A stretch of 64,000 nt of DNA from Candidatus Omnitrophota bacterium (GTDB lineage: Bacteria; Omnitrophota; Gorgyraeia; Zapsychrales; Zapsychraceae): NCBI GenBank assembly GCA_029261065.1, contig JAJDCB010000006.1, forward strand, positions 284 through 64,283, read 5' to 3'. Below, piece by piece: positions 27,788 to 37,961 of the stretch; the first letter of the stretch is position 1; the number at the start of each line of letters is the position of its first letter. The translations under genes and the position numbers were made by a program. Below the pieces are notes generated by a model. That model worked only from the letters and a program-made list of their open reading frames with translations. It was not told the origin of the DNA and made no database searches.

Positions 27788-29920
27788 ATGTCTTCTCCCC
27801 CCTCAAAAGTCCTTTTAAAAATATTGAATATCATTAAGATGCTTCCAAAAGAAATCTGGGCATTTCTTGCTCTCACTTTGTTAAGCTTTCTATTTCTTCT
27901 TTCCTATGTCAATTTAACACCAGTGGTTGATGATGACTTCTTTTTTTCAAGCCAAGATGCCCAATTTAAATCCGAACATGAAATTGACAAACTTTTTCTT
28001 CGCAAAGATACACAACTTATTATCTCCGCATCAGGAGATATTTATGAACCCACATATATAGAGAAGGTTCGTGAATTAAGTCAGACCGTTCTTGATATTG
28101 AAGGTGTCATTAGTGTAAATAGCCTCACTCACTTTGGCCCCAAAAATGTTGATGATGCCCTAGCCTCCCCCCTATGGAAACGCCTTATCATCTCGGATGA
28201 TCAAAAGTCTTCTAATTTAATTATTCTCTTAGAAGAAAAACATCAAAGTCTCATCGTTAACAAAATTGAAACGCTCCTCAAAGAAAAATCCGCTCAAGAT
28301 TTCGAACTACATGCCGCCGGCCTTCCCTATGTTATCGAATTAATTCGTCGCAATTTAACACGCGATCTAAAAGTCTTTAGCTTACTCGCCTTTCTTATTT
28401 TCGGTTGCATCATTTTTAGCCTCTTTCGCTCAAAGGCTATTCTTTGCGGAACACTACTCTCTTGTCTTAACGCCTGTATCTGGACATACATGCTCACTTC
28501 ATTAACAAATATTCCGATCGGTTTATTGACAGCAACACTTGGAACCATAATCTTTATCATGACATTATCACACATCATTTTTTTGACATACAATTGGCGA
28601 AAGGCTATGCACGCACAAAATAATGATGCGGTAAACTTTGCCATAAAACGCACATTTCCACCTTCCTTTTGGAGCATGTTTACAACAATGCTTGGATTCT
28701 TAAGCCTAATGTCTGTGCCCGCCAAGCCTTTACGTGATTTAGGGGCATCTGGGGTTATCGGATGCCTTGTCACGATCTTTGTCGCCTACGCTTTTTTCCC
28801 GGCCTTCTTAAAAGTGGCAAAACTTCATATCAAAAAAGAAAGTAAAATTGAGAAGGGCCAATTCAATCTATTTCATTTCTTCTGTGATCATAATCAAGCG
28901 ATCAAAATTATTATATTTGTTGCCTGCTTTCTAGCACTTCCTGGTGTTTGGATGATTGACTCTGATCCTAGTCTTCTTTCCTATTTCTCAAAGAAAAGCG
29001 AAATTCATCAAGGATTTTCGTATATCGATCGTAACGGTGGTAGCAGTCCTCTCATCCTTGTAATCAAATCAAAAGATGATCTACCTTTAACAGCGGCTCA
29101 ACCTTATCAAAAAATGTGGGATTTACAAACGGCATTAGAACAACATCGTTCGGTAGGATCGGTTATTTCTTTACCCGTTCTCATTGCTCAAGCCGAGAAA
29201 AATACTCTTGGCTGGATTCTTCCAAGAAATATGCTTCTTAATGCATTAACTTCCCCTGATTACGATGAGATTGCAAAAAGTTTTGTAACAGATGATCGGC
29301 TCCATGGACTTTATCTTCTGCGTATGAATGAAAAGTATCGGACACTCTCGCGTGTTGACATCGTTGAAGAAATTAAGGAAGTGGCGCGCGTACACAACTT
29401 CGTACCAGAAATTGTAGGTGGCGTTTATAACTTACAAGGGCACCTTGCCAAACTTGTTCACTCCAGTCTTATCCTCGGCATTGGCAAACTTCTCATTTTC
29501 TTTGGCATCATTGTTTTTCTCATCTCCCGCTCAATTTCAATTACTCTTGGTGTTGTATCAAGCATAACAATCATCCCGTTGACCGTCTTTGGCCTCATCG
29601 GCATATATCGTGTTCCCTTAGATATCGTAGCCGCCCCTGCCTGCAGTGTAGCCATCGCCATGGGGGTTGATGCTATGATTCATATGATTCAAAGTTATAG
29701 GCATCTTAAAGACTGGAATAAGGTTCTTGAAGAAATATGGCAGCCTGTGCTAACCGCCTTACTGGTCGTCTGTACCGGATTCTCTATTTTCCTCTGTTCA
29801 ACTTTCCCCCCCACCCAACGCTTTGGAACAATCATTCTCGTTGGATCATTCCTGGCTGGATTAATCGCCCTTTTTATTATGCCGATGTTATCTCAACTGT
29901 TTGCCCGCCATAACAAATAA
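27788..29920 (+). CDS. MMPL/RND-superfamily exporter (12 TM, two large periplasmic loops)
   Basis: 710 aa with two TM bundles (about 180-330 and 540-700) separated by soluble loops. This is the MMPL/HpnN-like RND topology. Confidence 0.65.
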   Translation: MSSPPSKVLLKILNIIKMLPKEIWAFLALTLLSFLFLLSYVNLTPVVDDDFFFSSQDAQFKSEHEIDKLFLRKDTQLIISASGDIYEPTYIEKVRELSQTVLDIEGVISVNSLTHFGPKNVDDALASPLWKRLIISDDQKSSNLIILLEEKHQSLIVNKIETLLKEKSAQDFELHAAGLPYVIELIRRNLTRDLKVFSLLAFLIFGCIIFSLFRSKAILCGTLLSCLNACIWTYMLTSLTNIPIGLLTATLGTIIFIMTLSHIIFLTYNWRKAMHAQNNDAVNFAIKRTFPPSFWSMFTTMLGFLSLMSVPAKPLRDLGASGVIGCLVTIFVAYAFFPAFLKVAKLHIKKESKIEKGQFNLFHFFCDHNQAIKIIIFVACFLALPGVWMIDSDPSLLSYFSKKSEIHQGFSYIDRNGGSSPLILVIKSKDDLPLTAAQPYQKMWDLQTALEQHRSVGSVISLPVLIAQAEKNTLGWILPRNMLLNALTSPDYDEIAKSFVTDDRLHGLYLLRMNEKYRTLSRVDIVEEIKEVARVHNFVPEIVGGVYNLQGHLAKLVHSSLILGIGKLLIFFGIIVFLISRSISITLGVVSSITIIPLTVFGLIGIYRVPLDIVAAPACSVAIAMGVDAMIHMIQSYRHLKDWNKVLEEIWQPVLTALLVVCTGFSIFLCSTFPPTQRFGTIILVGSFLAGLIALFIMPMLSQLFARHNK

Positions 29921-30005
29921 TAAAATCCTTTCATTTTTTACATTTTTTTTACATCTTTTTACCTCCCTCTGACAACTCACATTTTATATTGGCTATACTC
30001 AAATT

Positions 30006-32174
30006 GTGAGACAAATACAAACCGTTAAAAGGAGAAAAAAGATGAAAATCCAAACATCAACCAAACTGCTTCTTGTGATTGCCGCCTTACTTACTGGGCT
30101 TTCACAAAATGAAGCCTTTGCCGGGCAAACAACACGAATTGATTTCCAGCAAAGAATGAACAACAAAAGTGTACAATTCGAACCCTACCACCAATTGGCC
30201 CAACCCCAAAATCAAGTAAAAAACAACGCCGAGGTAAAAATCTTGCACTTCGACAATTCTGCTTACGTTATCCACGATGCCAAATATACGGCAAGTCTTG
30301 ATGAAGACGTTGTGACTGTAAATGGAAAAGTTACCTTTGAAACGTTCCGCAAAAAAGGCATAACCTTAATTCCTATTGTAGACACTCAAGTAGGATTAAT
30401 GGATGTCAAACTTAATAGAGGTAAAGCGACTGTCACATCAAAAAATAAGCAGTATTACCTTATTGTTCAAAAGCCGGGTAAACATGTCTTGGAAGTTGAA
30501 TATTTAAAGAAGGCCATTCGTGAAGAAAAACATGGCCCAGGTAATTTTAATATTTCTGTACTGCCTGCCCCTATTTCACAATTTGAAATGGTCATTCCAG
30601 AAAAAGAAGTACAAATCATTGTTGATCCTGCGATAAAAACAGAAACAGAACGAACCGAAAATAAAACAACAGCTTGGGCTATCTTACCGAATACGCAAAA
30701 TATTGCTGTACATTGGACACGCGCCCTACCTCAAGATGAACTCGAAGAAGAAGAACAAGATCCAAAAATCTATGTCGAAACAACAACACACGCAGCTGTT
30801 GGTGGTGGTGTCATTCGTAGCATTGCTCATATTAGCTACTCTATTTTGCAAGCCCCTGTGTCAAGCTTTCGTATAGCAATGCCTGCAGATGTCAGTATTT
30901 TGGATGTCAAGGGAATGGATTTACGTGATTGGAGAAGTAAAAAATCTGGCAATAAACAAATTCTTGAAGTACTCCTCAATATGGAACGCAAAGGATCTTA
31001 TGCGTTAAACCTAACCTATGAACGAGCCATCAAAGAAGGCTCCTCTGTTGCTCAAATGCCGTGGACTAAGGCCCTTGGTGCTAAACGTGAAAATGGATTT
31101 TATGGTATTTCAGCAAGTACGAATGTGGAGTTGACTATTGAAGAAGCTAAACGTGCAACAAAGATAGATGCCCGTCAATTGCCATCAACATATTCTAGCC
31201 TCTCTAATCAACCTGCTTTACTGGCCTTTAAATACTTAAATCATCCCTTTGAAGTTGCCATTGAAATTACCCGACATGAAGAATTACCCGTCTTGATTGC
31301 AGCTGTGGATCAAGCTGACCATTTAACCTTACACACACAAGATGGAAAAATATTAACGAAGTCCATTTACCATATTAGAAATAATGTTAAGCAATATCTT
31401 CGCCTAACCATGCCAGAAGGGTCCAGCATTTGGAGTGCTTACGTTGCGGGTAAGCCTGTTAAGCCTGCACAAGATCAAAAAGGACACGTTCTCATTCCTT
31501 TAAAAAAATCACAACAAACACAACAAAACATCAGAAGTTACCCAGTCGAAATTGTGTATCTAAATAAAGGAAATGAAATGAGCTCCATGGGAAAGCTGGA
31601 TCTCGATTTACCTAAAATTGATATTCCCATTAATGCCTTTTATTGGTCCGTCTATTTTCCACATGACTATCTCTATTACAAATTTAGTGGTGATTTAAAA
31701 GAAATTGATGATGCCAGCCACCCATTCGCCGCTGTTAGCAATTTTGTATCTCAAGGCAATGTCTTTAATAATTACGTTAGCCGTGGTGTTCAAGGTCGTT
31801 TAAAATCCGCGACAGATGACATCGGCCAACAATTTGATCCTGGAAACACAAGTGGTGTCCTAGTCTCAAGAAAAAACTCTTATGCTTCGCAGTCAACTGT
31901 ATCAAAGGGTGTTCTTCCCATCAAAATTAATGTTCCTCGGGATGGACAACTGTATCAATTTTCCAAACTACTCGTAATTGAAGGAGAAAGCCCTCACCTC
32001 AGTGTAAAATATTCCTCCTTTTTTGCAAAGGCCTGGAAGCTGCTTATTCCTTTTTTAGCTTGCATGATCGTTGTGCTTATTTTTATAAAGATATATATGT
32101 TTATTTATAAGCCAAAAAAGAAGAAAAACAAAACAACCACTAAAGAGCAAACACATGATGAAAGGACAGTATAA
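30006..32174 (+). CDS. large secreted protein with a C-terminal membrane anchor, unknown function. Likely start at the ATG at 30042.
   Basis: SD AAAGGAG at 30025-30032 precedes the MKIQTSTKLLLVIAALLTGLSQNEAFA signal peptide. It ends in the TM segment LLIPFLACMIVVLIFIKIYMFIY followed by a KKKK stop-transfer. No recognisable domain. Confidence 0.5.
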   Translation: MRQIQTVKRRKKMKIQTSTKLLLVIAALLTGLSQNEAFAGQTTRIDFQQRMNNKSVQFEPYHQLAQPQNQVKNNAEVKILHFDNSAYVIHDAKYTASLDEDVVTVNGKVTFETFRKKGITLIPIVDTQVGLMDVKLNRGKATVTSKNKQYYLIVQKPGKHVLEVEYLKKAIREEKHGPGNFNISVLPAPISQFEMVIPEKEVQIIVDPAIKTETERTENKTTAWAILPNTQNIAVHWTRALPQDELEEEEQDPKIYVETTTHAAVGGGVIRSIAHISYSILQAPVSSFRIAMPADVSILDVKGMDLRDWRSKKSGNKQILEVLLNMERKGSYALNLTYERAIKEGSSVAQMPWTKALGAKRENGFYGISASTNVELTIEEAKRATKIDARQLPSTYSSLSNQPALLAFKYLNHPFEVAIEITRHEELPVLIAAVDQADHLTLHTQDGKILTKSIYHIRNNVKQYLRLTMPEGSSIWSAYVAGKPVKPAQDQKGHVLIPLKKSQQTQQNIRSYPVEIVYLNKGNEMSSMGKLDLDLPKIDIPINAFYWSVYFPHDYLYYKFSGDLKEIDDASHPFAAVSNFVSQGNVFNNYVSRGVQGRLKSATDDIGQQFDPGNTSGVLVSRKNSYASQSTVSKGVLPIKINVPRDGQLYQFSKLLVIEGESPHLSVKYSSFFAKAWKLLIPFLACMIVVLIFIKIYMFIYKPKKKKNKTTTKEQTHDERTV

Positions 32175-32368
32175 ATTTTGGTTACATGCTATTAAACGGG
32201 TTTTAATATTTACAGCCCTTATAGTGTTTAACTCATAACTTCTAGAGCTATTATGACACGGTCTAAATCTTTACAATTAAATTTTAACCTTGCGAGAGGC
32301 TTGCCAAAGAATATGATCAGTGTGATAATAGCTCTAGAAAATCTTAACAGTAGAATCAAAGAAGACCC

Positions 32369-34240
32369 ATGAATCCAAAACATATGAAATTCCGACTTTG
32401 GCTTATTTTTGCCTTAGTTATCGTTGTTCCAAGCTTTGTTTTAAGCTTCCTAGCCTTAAGAACAAACCTTGTGGAAGAAGCCGTTATTGAAAAACAACTG
32501 GAAGAAATCGTGGATAAAGAACTACAAAATATTACCTCTATTGTTAAAGATGAACTTAAAAAAATTGAAACGGAATTAGTATCCCTTTTAGAATCAGCTT
32601 TTCATTCAAAAGAAAAGCTTAATCTTATCTCTCAACGATCAAGACTCATCGATATTCCATTTTTTTTAAATACTCAAAAAGACATTCTTTGGCCTAATCG
32701 GTCCCAAACTCTAACGGCTGATGACGAAAAATTCCTAAAATGGCATCGGGAATTTTTTAAAGATAAAGAATCAACTCCTGTATTTAAAAATATCGCTTTT
32801 GTATACAAAGACATTATTTTAGAAGAAACCTATGCCAGCTCCTCCTATATTGGAAGAAAGTTAAATAGCGTCAAAAATTCAAAAGCACCCGTTGATGATA
32901 TTGAAAATCAATTAGCCTTACAACAATTTGAATCTGATGTCCGTGTCCGATCAAAAGTTTATAAAAAGGCCAGAATGGATAAACAGCAACTGGCTACGCG
33001 AAATGTTGAATCAACGAAAGGCTTCGGGCAACAGAAAAGATACAATCAGAAATTTCAGCCGCGACAATCAAAGTTTGTGTCTGAAGCTGTTTTATTCAGT
33101 GACATTATTAGTCAAAGTAACTCAGGCATTATCCCTAAATTGGTTGAGGAAAGATTGCAGCTTTTGTTCTGGAGTAAAAATCAAAAAGGAGAAATCGTTG
33201 GTTGCATCATTAACCGAGAAGAAATGATCGAGCATATTGTTAAAATGTTACCCGATGCCCAAATCTATTCTAAGGAACGCATCATAACGATCCTTGATGA
33301 GCTTGGTCAACCTCTCATCGCTCCCAAAGAAGGCGTTAAACATGATTGGCGCTCTCCTTTTATTGCTCATGAGCTTAGCGTCTATTTACCCCATTGGGAG
33401 GTGGCCGCTTACTTAACAGATCCAAATTCTATTTTAACGCGGGCGAATACAAAAGTTATCTTAATCGGTTTTGTCGTCTATGGACTTGTTCTCTCTATTG
33501 TGATGGGGGGCATTTTTGTTTTACGATCCATGTATGAACAAGTTCTTTTAGCCCAACAAAAAACAACATTTGTCGCAAACGTCTCTCATGAATTAAAAAC
33601 GCCTCTCACCTCCATCCGCATGTTTGCAGAGATGTTAAAAGAAAATCGTCAACCTGATGAGAAAAAACGTCGGCACTATCTGGATATTATGGTTTCAGAG
33701 TCCGAACGTCTGACAAGGCTTATCAATAATGTCTTAGATTTTGCATCATTAGGACAAAAAAATAAAAGATATCATTTTGCTATCGTTGATATTGTTGAAC
33801 TTTGTAAAGACGTTGTAGAAGGTCAACGTCCTCGCTTAGAACATAATGGCTTTCAAATCACTTTCAAATCTCGTCATAAACACTTAGAAATTTCTGTTGA
33901 TTCTGAGTCCATAAAACAAGTTTTATTGAATCTGTTAAGTAATGCCGAAAATTATTCTGATGATGAAAAAAGCATCGAACTCGAGATAGATGATGATGAT
34001 AAAGATGTATATATTTACGTTAAAGATCTTGGCATTGGAATATCTTCCAAATTTAAAGACAAAATATTTGATGAATTTTATCGCGTTGATGATCAGTTAA
34101 CGTCCAGAAAAAGTGGGACGGGACTTGGATTAACAATTGCCCAAAGGATCATGAAAGATCATCATGGGGCTATCGACTATATATCGCGTGAACAAAAGGG
34201 TAGCATTTTTCGAATCAATATTCCCAAACAAGAGGTTTAG
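32369..34240 (+). CDS. sensor histidine kinase with a large periplasmic sensing domain (HisKA + HATPase_c)
   Basis: N-terminal TM, a ~330-aa periplasmic region and a second TM, then the H-box VSHELKTPLTSIRMFAEML and G-boxes (DLGIGI, GTGLGLTIAQ). Confidence 0.85.
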   Translation: MNPKHMKFRLWLIFALVIVVPSFVLSFLALRTNLVEEAVIEKQLEEIVDKELQNITSIVKDELKKIETELVSLLESAFHSKEKLNLISQRSRLIDIPFFLNTQKDILWPNRSQTLTADDEKFLKWHREFFKDKESTPVFKNIAFVYKDIILEETYASSSYIGRKLNSVKNSKAPVDDIENQLALQQFESDVRVRSKVYKKARMDKQQLATRNVESTKGFGQQKRYNQKFQPRQSKFVSEAVLFSDIISQSNSGIIPKLVEERLQLLFWSKNQKGEIVGCIINREEMIEHIVKMLPDAQIYSKERIITILDELGQPLIAPKEGVKHDWRSPFIAHELSVYLPHWEVAAYLTDPNSILTRANTKVILIGFVVYGLVLSIVMGGIFVLRSMYEQVLLAQQKTTFVANVSHELKTPLTSIRMFAEMLKENRQPDEKKRRHYLDIMVSESERLTRLINNVLDFASLGQKNKRYHFAIVDIVELCKDVVEGQRPRLEHNGFQITFKSRHKHLEISVDSESIKQVLLNLLSNAENYSDDEKSIELEIDDDDKDVYIYVKDLGIGISSKFKDKIFDEFYRVDDQLTSRKSGTGLGLTIAQRIMKDHHGAIDYISREQKGSIFRINIPKQEV

Positions 34241-34242
34241 AT

Positions 34243-34935
34243 ATGGCAACAAAAATATTAGTAATTGAAGATGATGTCTCTATTCTAACGGGCATTGTTG
34301 ATTTATTACATTCTGAAGGTTATGAAACCTATTCTGCAACTAACGGTCAGAAAGGTATTCAAATTTACAAAGATACCTCTCCTGATTTGGTCTTGTTGGA
34401 TATCATGATACCTGAGAAGAGTGGTTACGATGTTTGTCGAGAGATTCGAAAAAAGGATGAACGCATTCCCATTATCATGTTAACGGCTAAAGACCAAGAA
34501 ATTGATAAGGTCGTTGGGCTCGAGGTGGGAGCTGATGATTACGTTGTAAAACCATTTGGTGTAAAAGAATTGTTGGCAAGAATTCGATCGGTCTTACGAA
34601 GATCACAAATAAATCCTATGCTAAAAGAATCTGATGAACCTATTGTCTTTGGGGATGTACGTATTGAACCAAAACTTTTAAAAGGGTTTAAAAAGAAAAA
34701 GGAGTTTGAGATTTCTTTACGTGAAATTCAACTCCTTCGTCTCTTCACTCAATATCCAGATGAGGCTATTGATAGGGCTACAATTTTAGAAAAAATCTGG
34801 GGCATTAGTTATCAAGGAACAACGCGCACCCTTGATCAACATATCGTTAAGTTACGTCAAAAAATCGAAGATGACCCAAGCCAACCAAAATTTATTCAAA
34901 CGGTCCATGGGATTGGATATCGTTTTAAAAAATAA
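34243..34935 (+). CDS. OmpR/PhoB-family response regulator
   Basis: Receiver (KILVIEDD, LVLLDIMIPEKSG) plus a winged-helix trans_reg_C domain (TVHGIGYRFK). It starts 3 nt after the HK stop. Confidence 0.9.
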   Translation: MATKILVIEDDVSILTGIVDLLHSEGYETYSATNGQKGIQIYKDTSPDLVLLDIMIPEKSGYDVCREIRKKDERIPIIMLTAKDQEIDKVVGLEVGADDYVVKPFGVKELLARIRSVLRRSQINPMLKESDEPIVFGDVRIEPKLLKGFKKKKEFEISLREIQLLRLFTQYPDEAIDRATILEKIWGISYQGTTRTLDQHIVKLRQKIEDDPSQPKFIQTVHGIGYRFKK

Positions 34936-34958
34936 AAAAACTCCAGCTAGTTACATCA

Positions 34959-36263
34959 TCACTTTTTATTACTGCGAGAAGCACCCTCAGACTTACTCTT
35001 ATACTTTCGGCCAAAGCTTGGTTTTGTCTTTGAACTGGAGCCAAACCCTCTAGAATTACTTGAAGGTCGACGCCCACCAGGACGTTGTCCTGATTTTGAA
35101 TCACCTTCGACAAATTTAGCATTGGCAAATTTGGGATGCATAGAACGCGGCAACGTTATTTTGATCAGACTTTCAATCTTATCAATATCATGACTTTGTG
35201 TTGGTGTGGCAAATGTCACAGCATGCCCTTCTTTACCCGCACGACCAGTACGACCAATGCGATGCACAAAATTTTCAGCATCGTCAGGCAAGTCATAATT
35301 AACAACCAACTCAATCTTACTAATATCTATCCCACGGGCTGCGATATCGGTAGCAACAAGCACACGATAACGTCCCCGTTTAAAACCATCAATCGCTTGA
35401 TTACGCTGACTCATCGTACGGTTGGAGTGAATCTCAACAACTTTAGCTCCCATAAGTTGAATATTACGTGCAACACGAGAGGCTTTAAGCTTCGTACGCG
35501 TAAAGACAAGCACAGTCCCATGATATTTTTGTAATAACATTTTTATAACATCATTCTTTAATGCTTCTTTAACAATAAAAAGTTCTTGTGAAACATCTTT
35601 CGTGGTTGTCCCCGAAGGAGCAATTTCGATGGTTATGGGTAACTCCATATATTTTGTCGCAAGCTTTAAAATGTCTGGAGGCATTGTCGCTGAAAAAAGC
35701 ATCGTTTGTTGATTGTTTGTCACACAACGCAAGATACTTTTAACCTGTGGTTCAAAACCCATGTCTAACATACGATCCGCTTCATCCAAAACAGTAACAG
35801 CAATATCGCCCAAATCGATCGTGCCTTGATAAATATGGTCATTAAGGCGGCCAGGTGTCGCAATAATCACACTAGGATTTTGTTTAATCGCTGGCATTTG
35901 TAAAGAAATTTTAATGCCGCCAATTAATACCGCACTTCTCATTTTATATGGTACTAATAAAGGGGCTAAGGCATCAGAAACTTGTAAGGCTAATTCGCGG
36001 GTAGGAACCAAAATTAAAGCCTGTCCACCTTCAGAGGCCAGGCGTTGAATGATAGGAATACCAAAGGCCAGGGTTTTCCCTGTTCCTGTTTGGGCGATTC
36101 CCATAATATCTTTACCCTCCAAGGCGCTTGGAATCGCCTGCAGTTGGATGGGGGTAGGTGTAACAAATTTAAGTTTATCTAAAACTTTTAACATATTTGG
36201 GGCAAGACCTAGATGATAAAACCCCGCATTTGATGCACTCATAAAAACTCCATTCTTATTCAC
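34959..36263 (-). CDS. DEAD-box ATP-dependent RNA helicase
   Basis: Q-motif, AQTGTGKT (motif I), VLDEADRM (DEAD), SAT and HRIGRTGRAG (motif VI), with a basic/Gly-Ser-rich C-terminal tail. Confidence 0.9.
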   Translation of the reverse strand: MNKNGVFMSASNAGFYHLGLAPNMLKVLDKLKFVTPTPIQLQAIPSALEGKDIMGIAQTGTGKTLAFGIPIIQRLASEGGQALILVPTRELALQVSDALAPLLVPYKMRSAVLIGGIKISLQMPAIKQNPSVIIATPGRLNDHIYQGTIDLGDIAVTVLDEADRMLDMGFEPQVKSILRCVTNNQQTMLFSATMPPDILKLATKYMELPITIEIAPSGTTTKDVSQELFIVKEALKNDVIKMLLQKYHGTVLVFTRTKLKASRVARNIQLMGAKVVEIHSNRTMSQRNQAIDGFKRGRYRVLVATDIAARGIDISKIELVVNYDLPDDAENFVHRIGRTGRAGKEGHAVTFATPTQSHDIDKIESLIKITLPRSMHPKFANAKFVEGDSKSGQRPGGRRPSSNSRGFGSSSKTKPSFGRKYKSKSEGASRSNKK

Positions 36264-36357
36264 TTATCACAAAAATTCTATTTTGATGAAAATGACGGAT
36301 TTATCCGCCTTTTAATTTTTGGGCTGGATCACTACTATTATTAACTGAGAATACAAT

Positions 36358-36579
36358 CTATTTTTTATGCCTAAATTTAATTCTGCCCTTAGTTAAATCA
36401 TATGGTGATAAAGCAACCGTAACCTTATCTCCAGGTAAAATCTTAATAAAAAACTTCCTCATCTTTCCTGCGGGGTAGGCGGTCACGATATGACCGTTTT
36501 GAATTTCAACAGAAAATTTAGCATTGGATAATGCTTTGATAATAACCCCCTCAACTTCTATAGCTTCTTCTTTTGACAT
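36358..36579 (-). CDS. infA: translation initiation factor IF-1
   Basis: [69 protein letters not shown] is near-identical in pattern to bacterial IF-1 (S1-like OB fold). Confidence 0.92.
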   Translation of the reverse strand: MSKEEAIEVEGVIIKALSNAKFSVEIQNGHIVTAYPAGKMRKFFIKILPGDKVTVALSPYDLTKGRIKFRHKK

Positions 36580-36617
36580 ATGTGTTTTCTCTTTTAAAAG
36601 ATTCCTTTTTGCTTGTT

Positions 36618-36695
36618 TTACTTTTTATTTTTATTATCTTTAGATTTTTTCTGGTCTTTTCTTTTGTCTTTGTCTTTTTTACCTTTATCTCCCAT
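36618..36695 (-). CDS. candidate 25-aa lysine-rich micro-protein ([25 protein letters not shown])
   Basis: Hand translation of the minus strand. ATG at 36693-36695 is preceded by a consensus SD (AAAGGAGGGTTTTC-ATG). TAA stop at 36618-36620. It is below the ORF-track size cut-off. Confidence 0.3.
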   Translation of the reverse strand: MGDKGKKDKDKRKDQKKSKDNKNKK

Positions 36696-36768
36696 GAAAA
36701 CCCTCCTTTATATTACATCCAGTTTCTCTCATGATTTATTCATATAAACCATTCAAAACAAACAACTT

Positions 36769-37776
36769 CTATGCATATTTTAATTTTTTGAGATAATTAA
36801 ACCCTACTAATCGTTGATGCTGCTCATCCCAAAGACGAAAAGTCAATGACTTAAAACTTGTCAGTAGAGTAATCGGCTTGATTTCCCGAAACATAGCGTT
36901 TTCATTATAACACTTTTCTAGAAAATAGTTAGGAATACGTGGGGTTAGATGATGGATGTGATGATAGCCAATATTTCCGGTAAACCACTGTAATATCCTA
37001 GGTAATTTTAGAAAAGAACTCCCTTTTAAAGCTTCTGTGACATAATCCCATTTTTCATGTCGTTCCCAATAAACACCTTCAAACTGATGCTGCACATAAA
37101 ACAACCAAACGCCCAAGGAAGCTGCCATCGCTAAAATAGGTAGTTGAATCAAAACATACGTTTTAAATCCTATCAAAAGACTTAAACTCGCGGCTAAGAT
37201 AACCACCCCCAAATTCGTTAAGTGAACACTTTTTATGCTTTTTGAACTCGCTCCTTTTGCCGGTAACCGATGAGAAATAAGAAAAAGAATGCTTGGTCCA
37301 ATAAGAAACAAACAAATGGGATTACGTGCAAAACGATATTTAATACGTGTCCAACGATCAGCTTTAAGGTATTCCTCGACTGTCAATGTCCAAACATCAC
37401 CCCATCCACGCTTATCTAAATTACCCGCTTGCGAATGATGCACAGCATGTTCATGCCGCCAGTATTGATATGGTGTAAATGTTAAAACGCCTGTAACAAA
37501 ACCCCAAAAGTTATTCGCTTTTTGTGATTTAAAAAATGAACCATGCCCGCAGTCATGAAAAATGATAAAAGCACGCACCAAAAGTCCTGCAGCAATAACG
37601 GTTAAAGGCAACATGAGCCAAAAAGAAACACTCAATGCCTTTATCATCACATACCACAACAAAACATACGGTATAAGCGTGTTAAGTAATTGGCCTATAC
37701 TTTTTGACCTCTGAGGATATTGATACTTGGCCACAATTTTTTGCCAATCCTCTATATTTGAAGGGAAATCACTCAT
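36769..37776 (-). CDS. membrane fatty-acid (acyl-lipid) desaturase
   Basis: Three His boxes are present: HDCGH, WRHEHAVHH and HHIHHL. N-terminal TM helices. Confidence 0.8.
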   Translation of the reverse strand: MSDFPSNIEDWQKIVAKYQYPQRSKSIGQLLNTLIPYVLLWYVMIKALSVSFWLMLPLTVIAAGLLVRAFIIFHDCGHGSFFKSQKANNFWGFVTGVLTFTPYQYWRHEHAVHHSQAGNLDKRGWGDVWTLTVEEYLKADRWTRIKYRFARNPICLFLIGPSILFLISHRLPAKGASSKSIKSVHLTNLGVVILAASLSLLIGFKTYVLIQLPILAMAASLGVWLFYVQHQFEGVYWERHEKWDYVTEALKGSSFLKLPRILQWFTGNIGYHHIHHLTPRIPNYFLEKCYNENAMFREIKPITLLTSFKSLTFRLWDEQHQRLVGFNYLKKLKYA

Positions 37777-37961
37777 TTTTATACTCCTTAATCCGACTAA
37801 AACAACCCCTATAACTATAAAAGTTTTAAGTAAGTATAGCGTATATTCCCGCTGGGAACAATTAGTATTCCATGAAAGGTCAGATCATGGATCAACGCTT
37901 GACACATTAACATAGGAAACTATAATCAATTCATTATCCATTTCATCTAAAGGAGCTTGTC

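Noticed and set aside
28327-28773. 148-aa minus-strand ORF inside the MMPL gene
   Set aside because: It is antisense to a strongly supported polytopic transporter frame.
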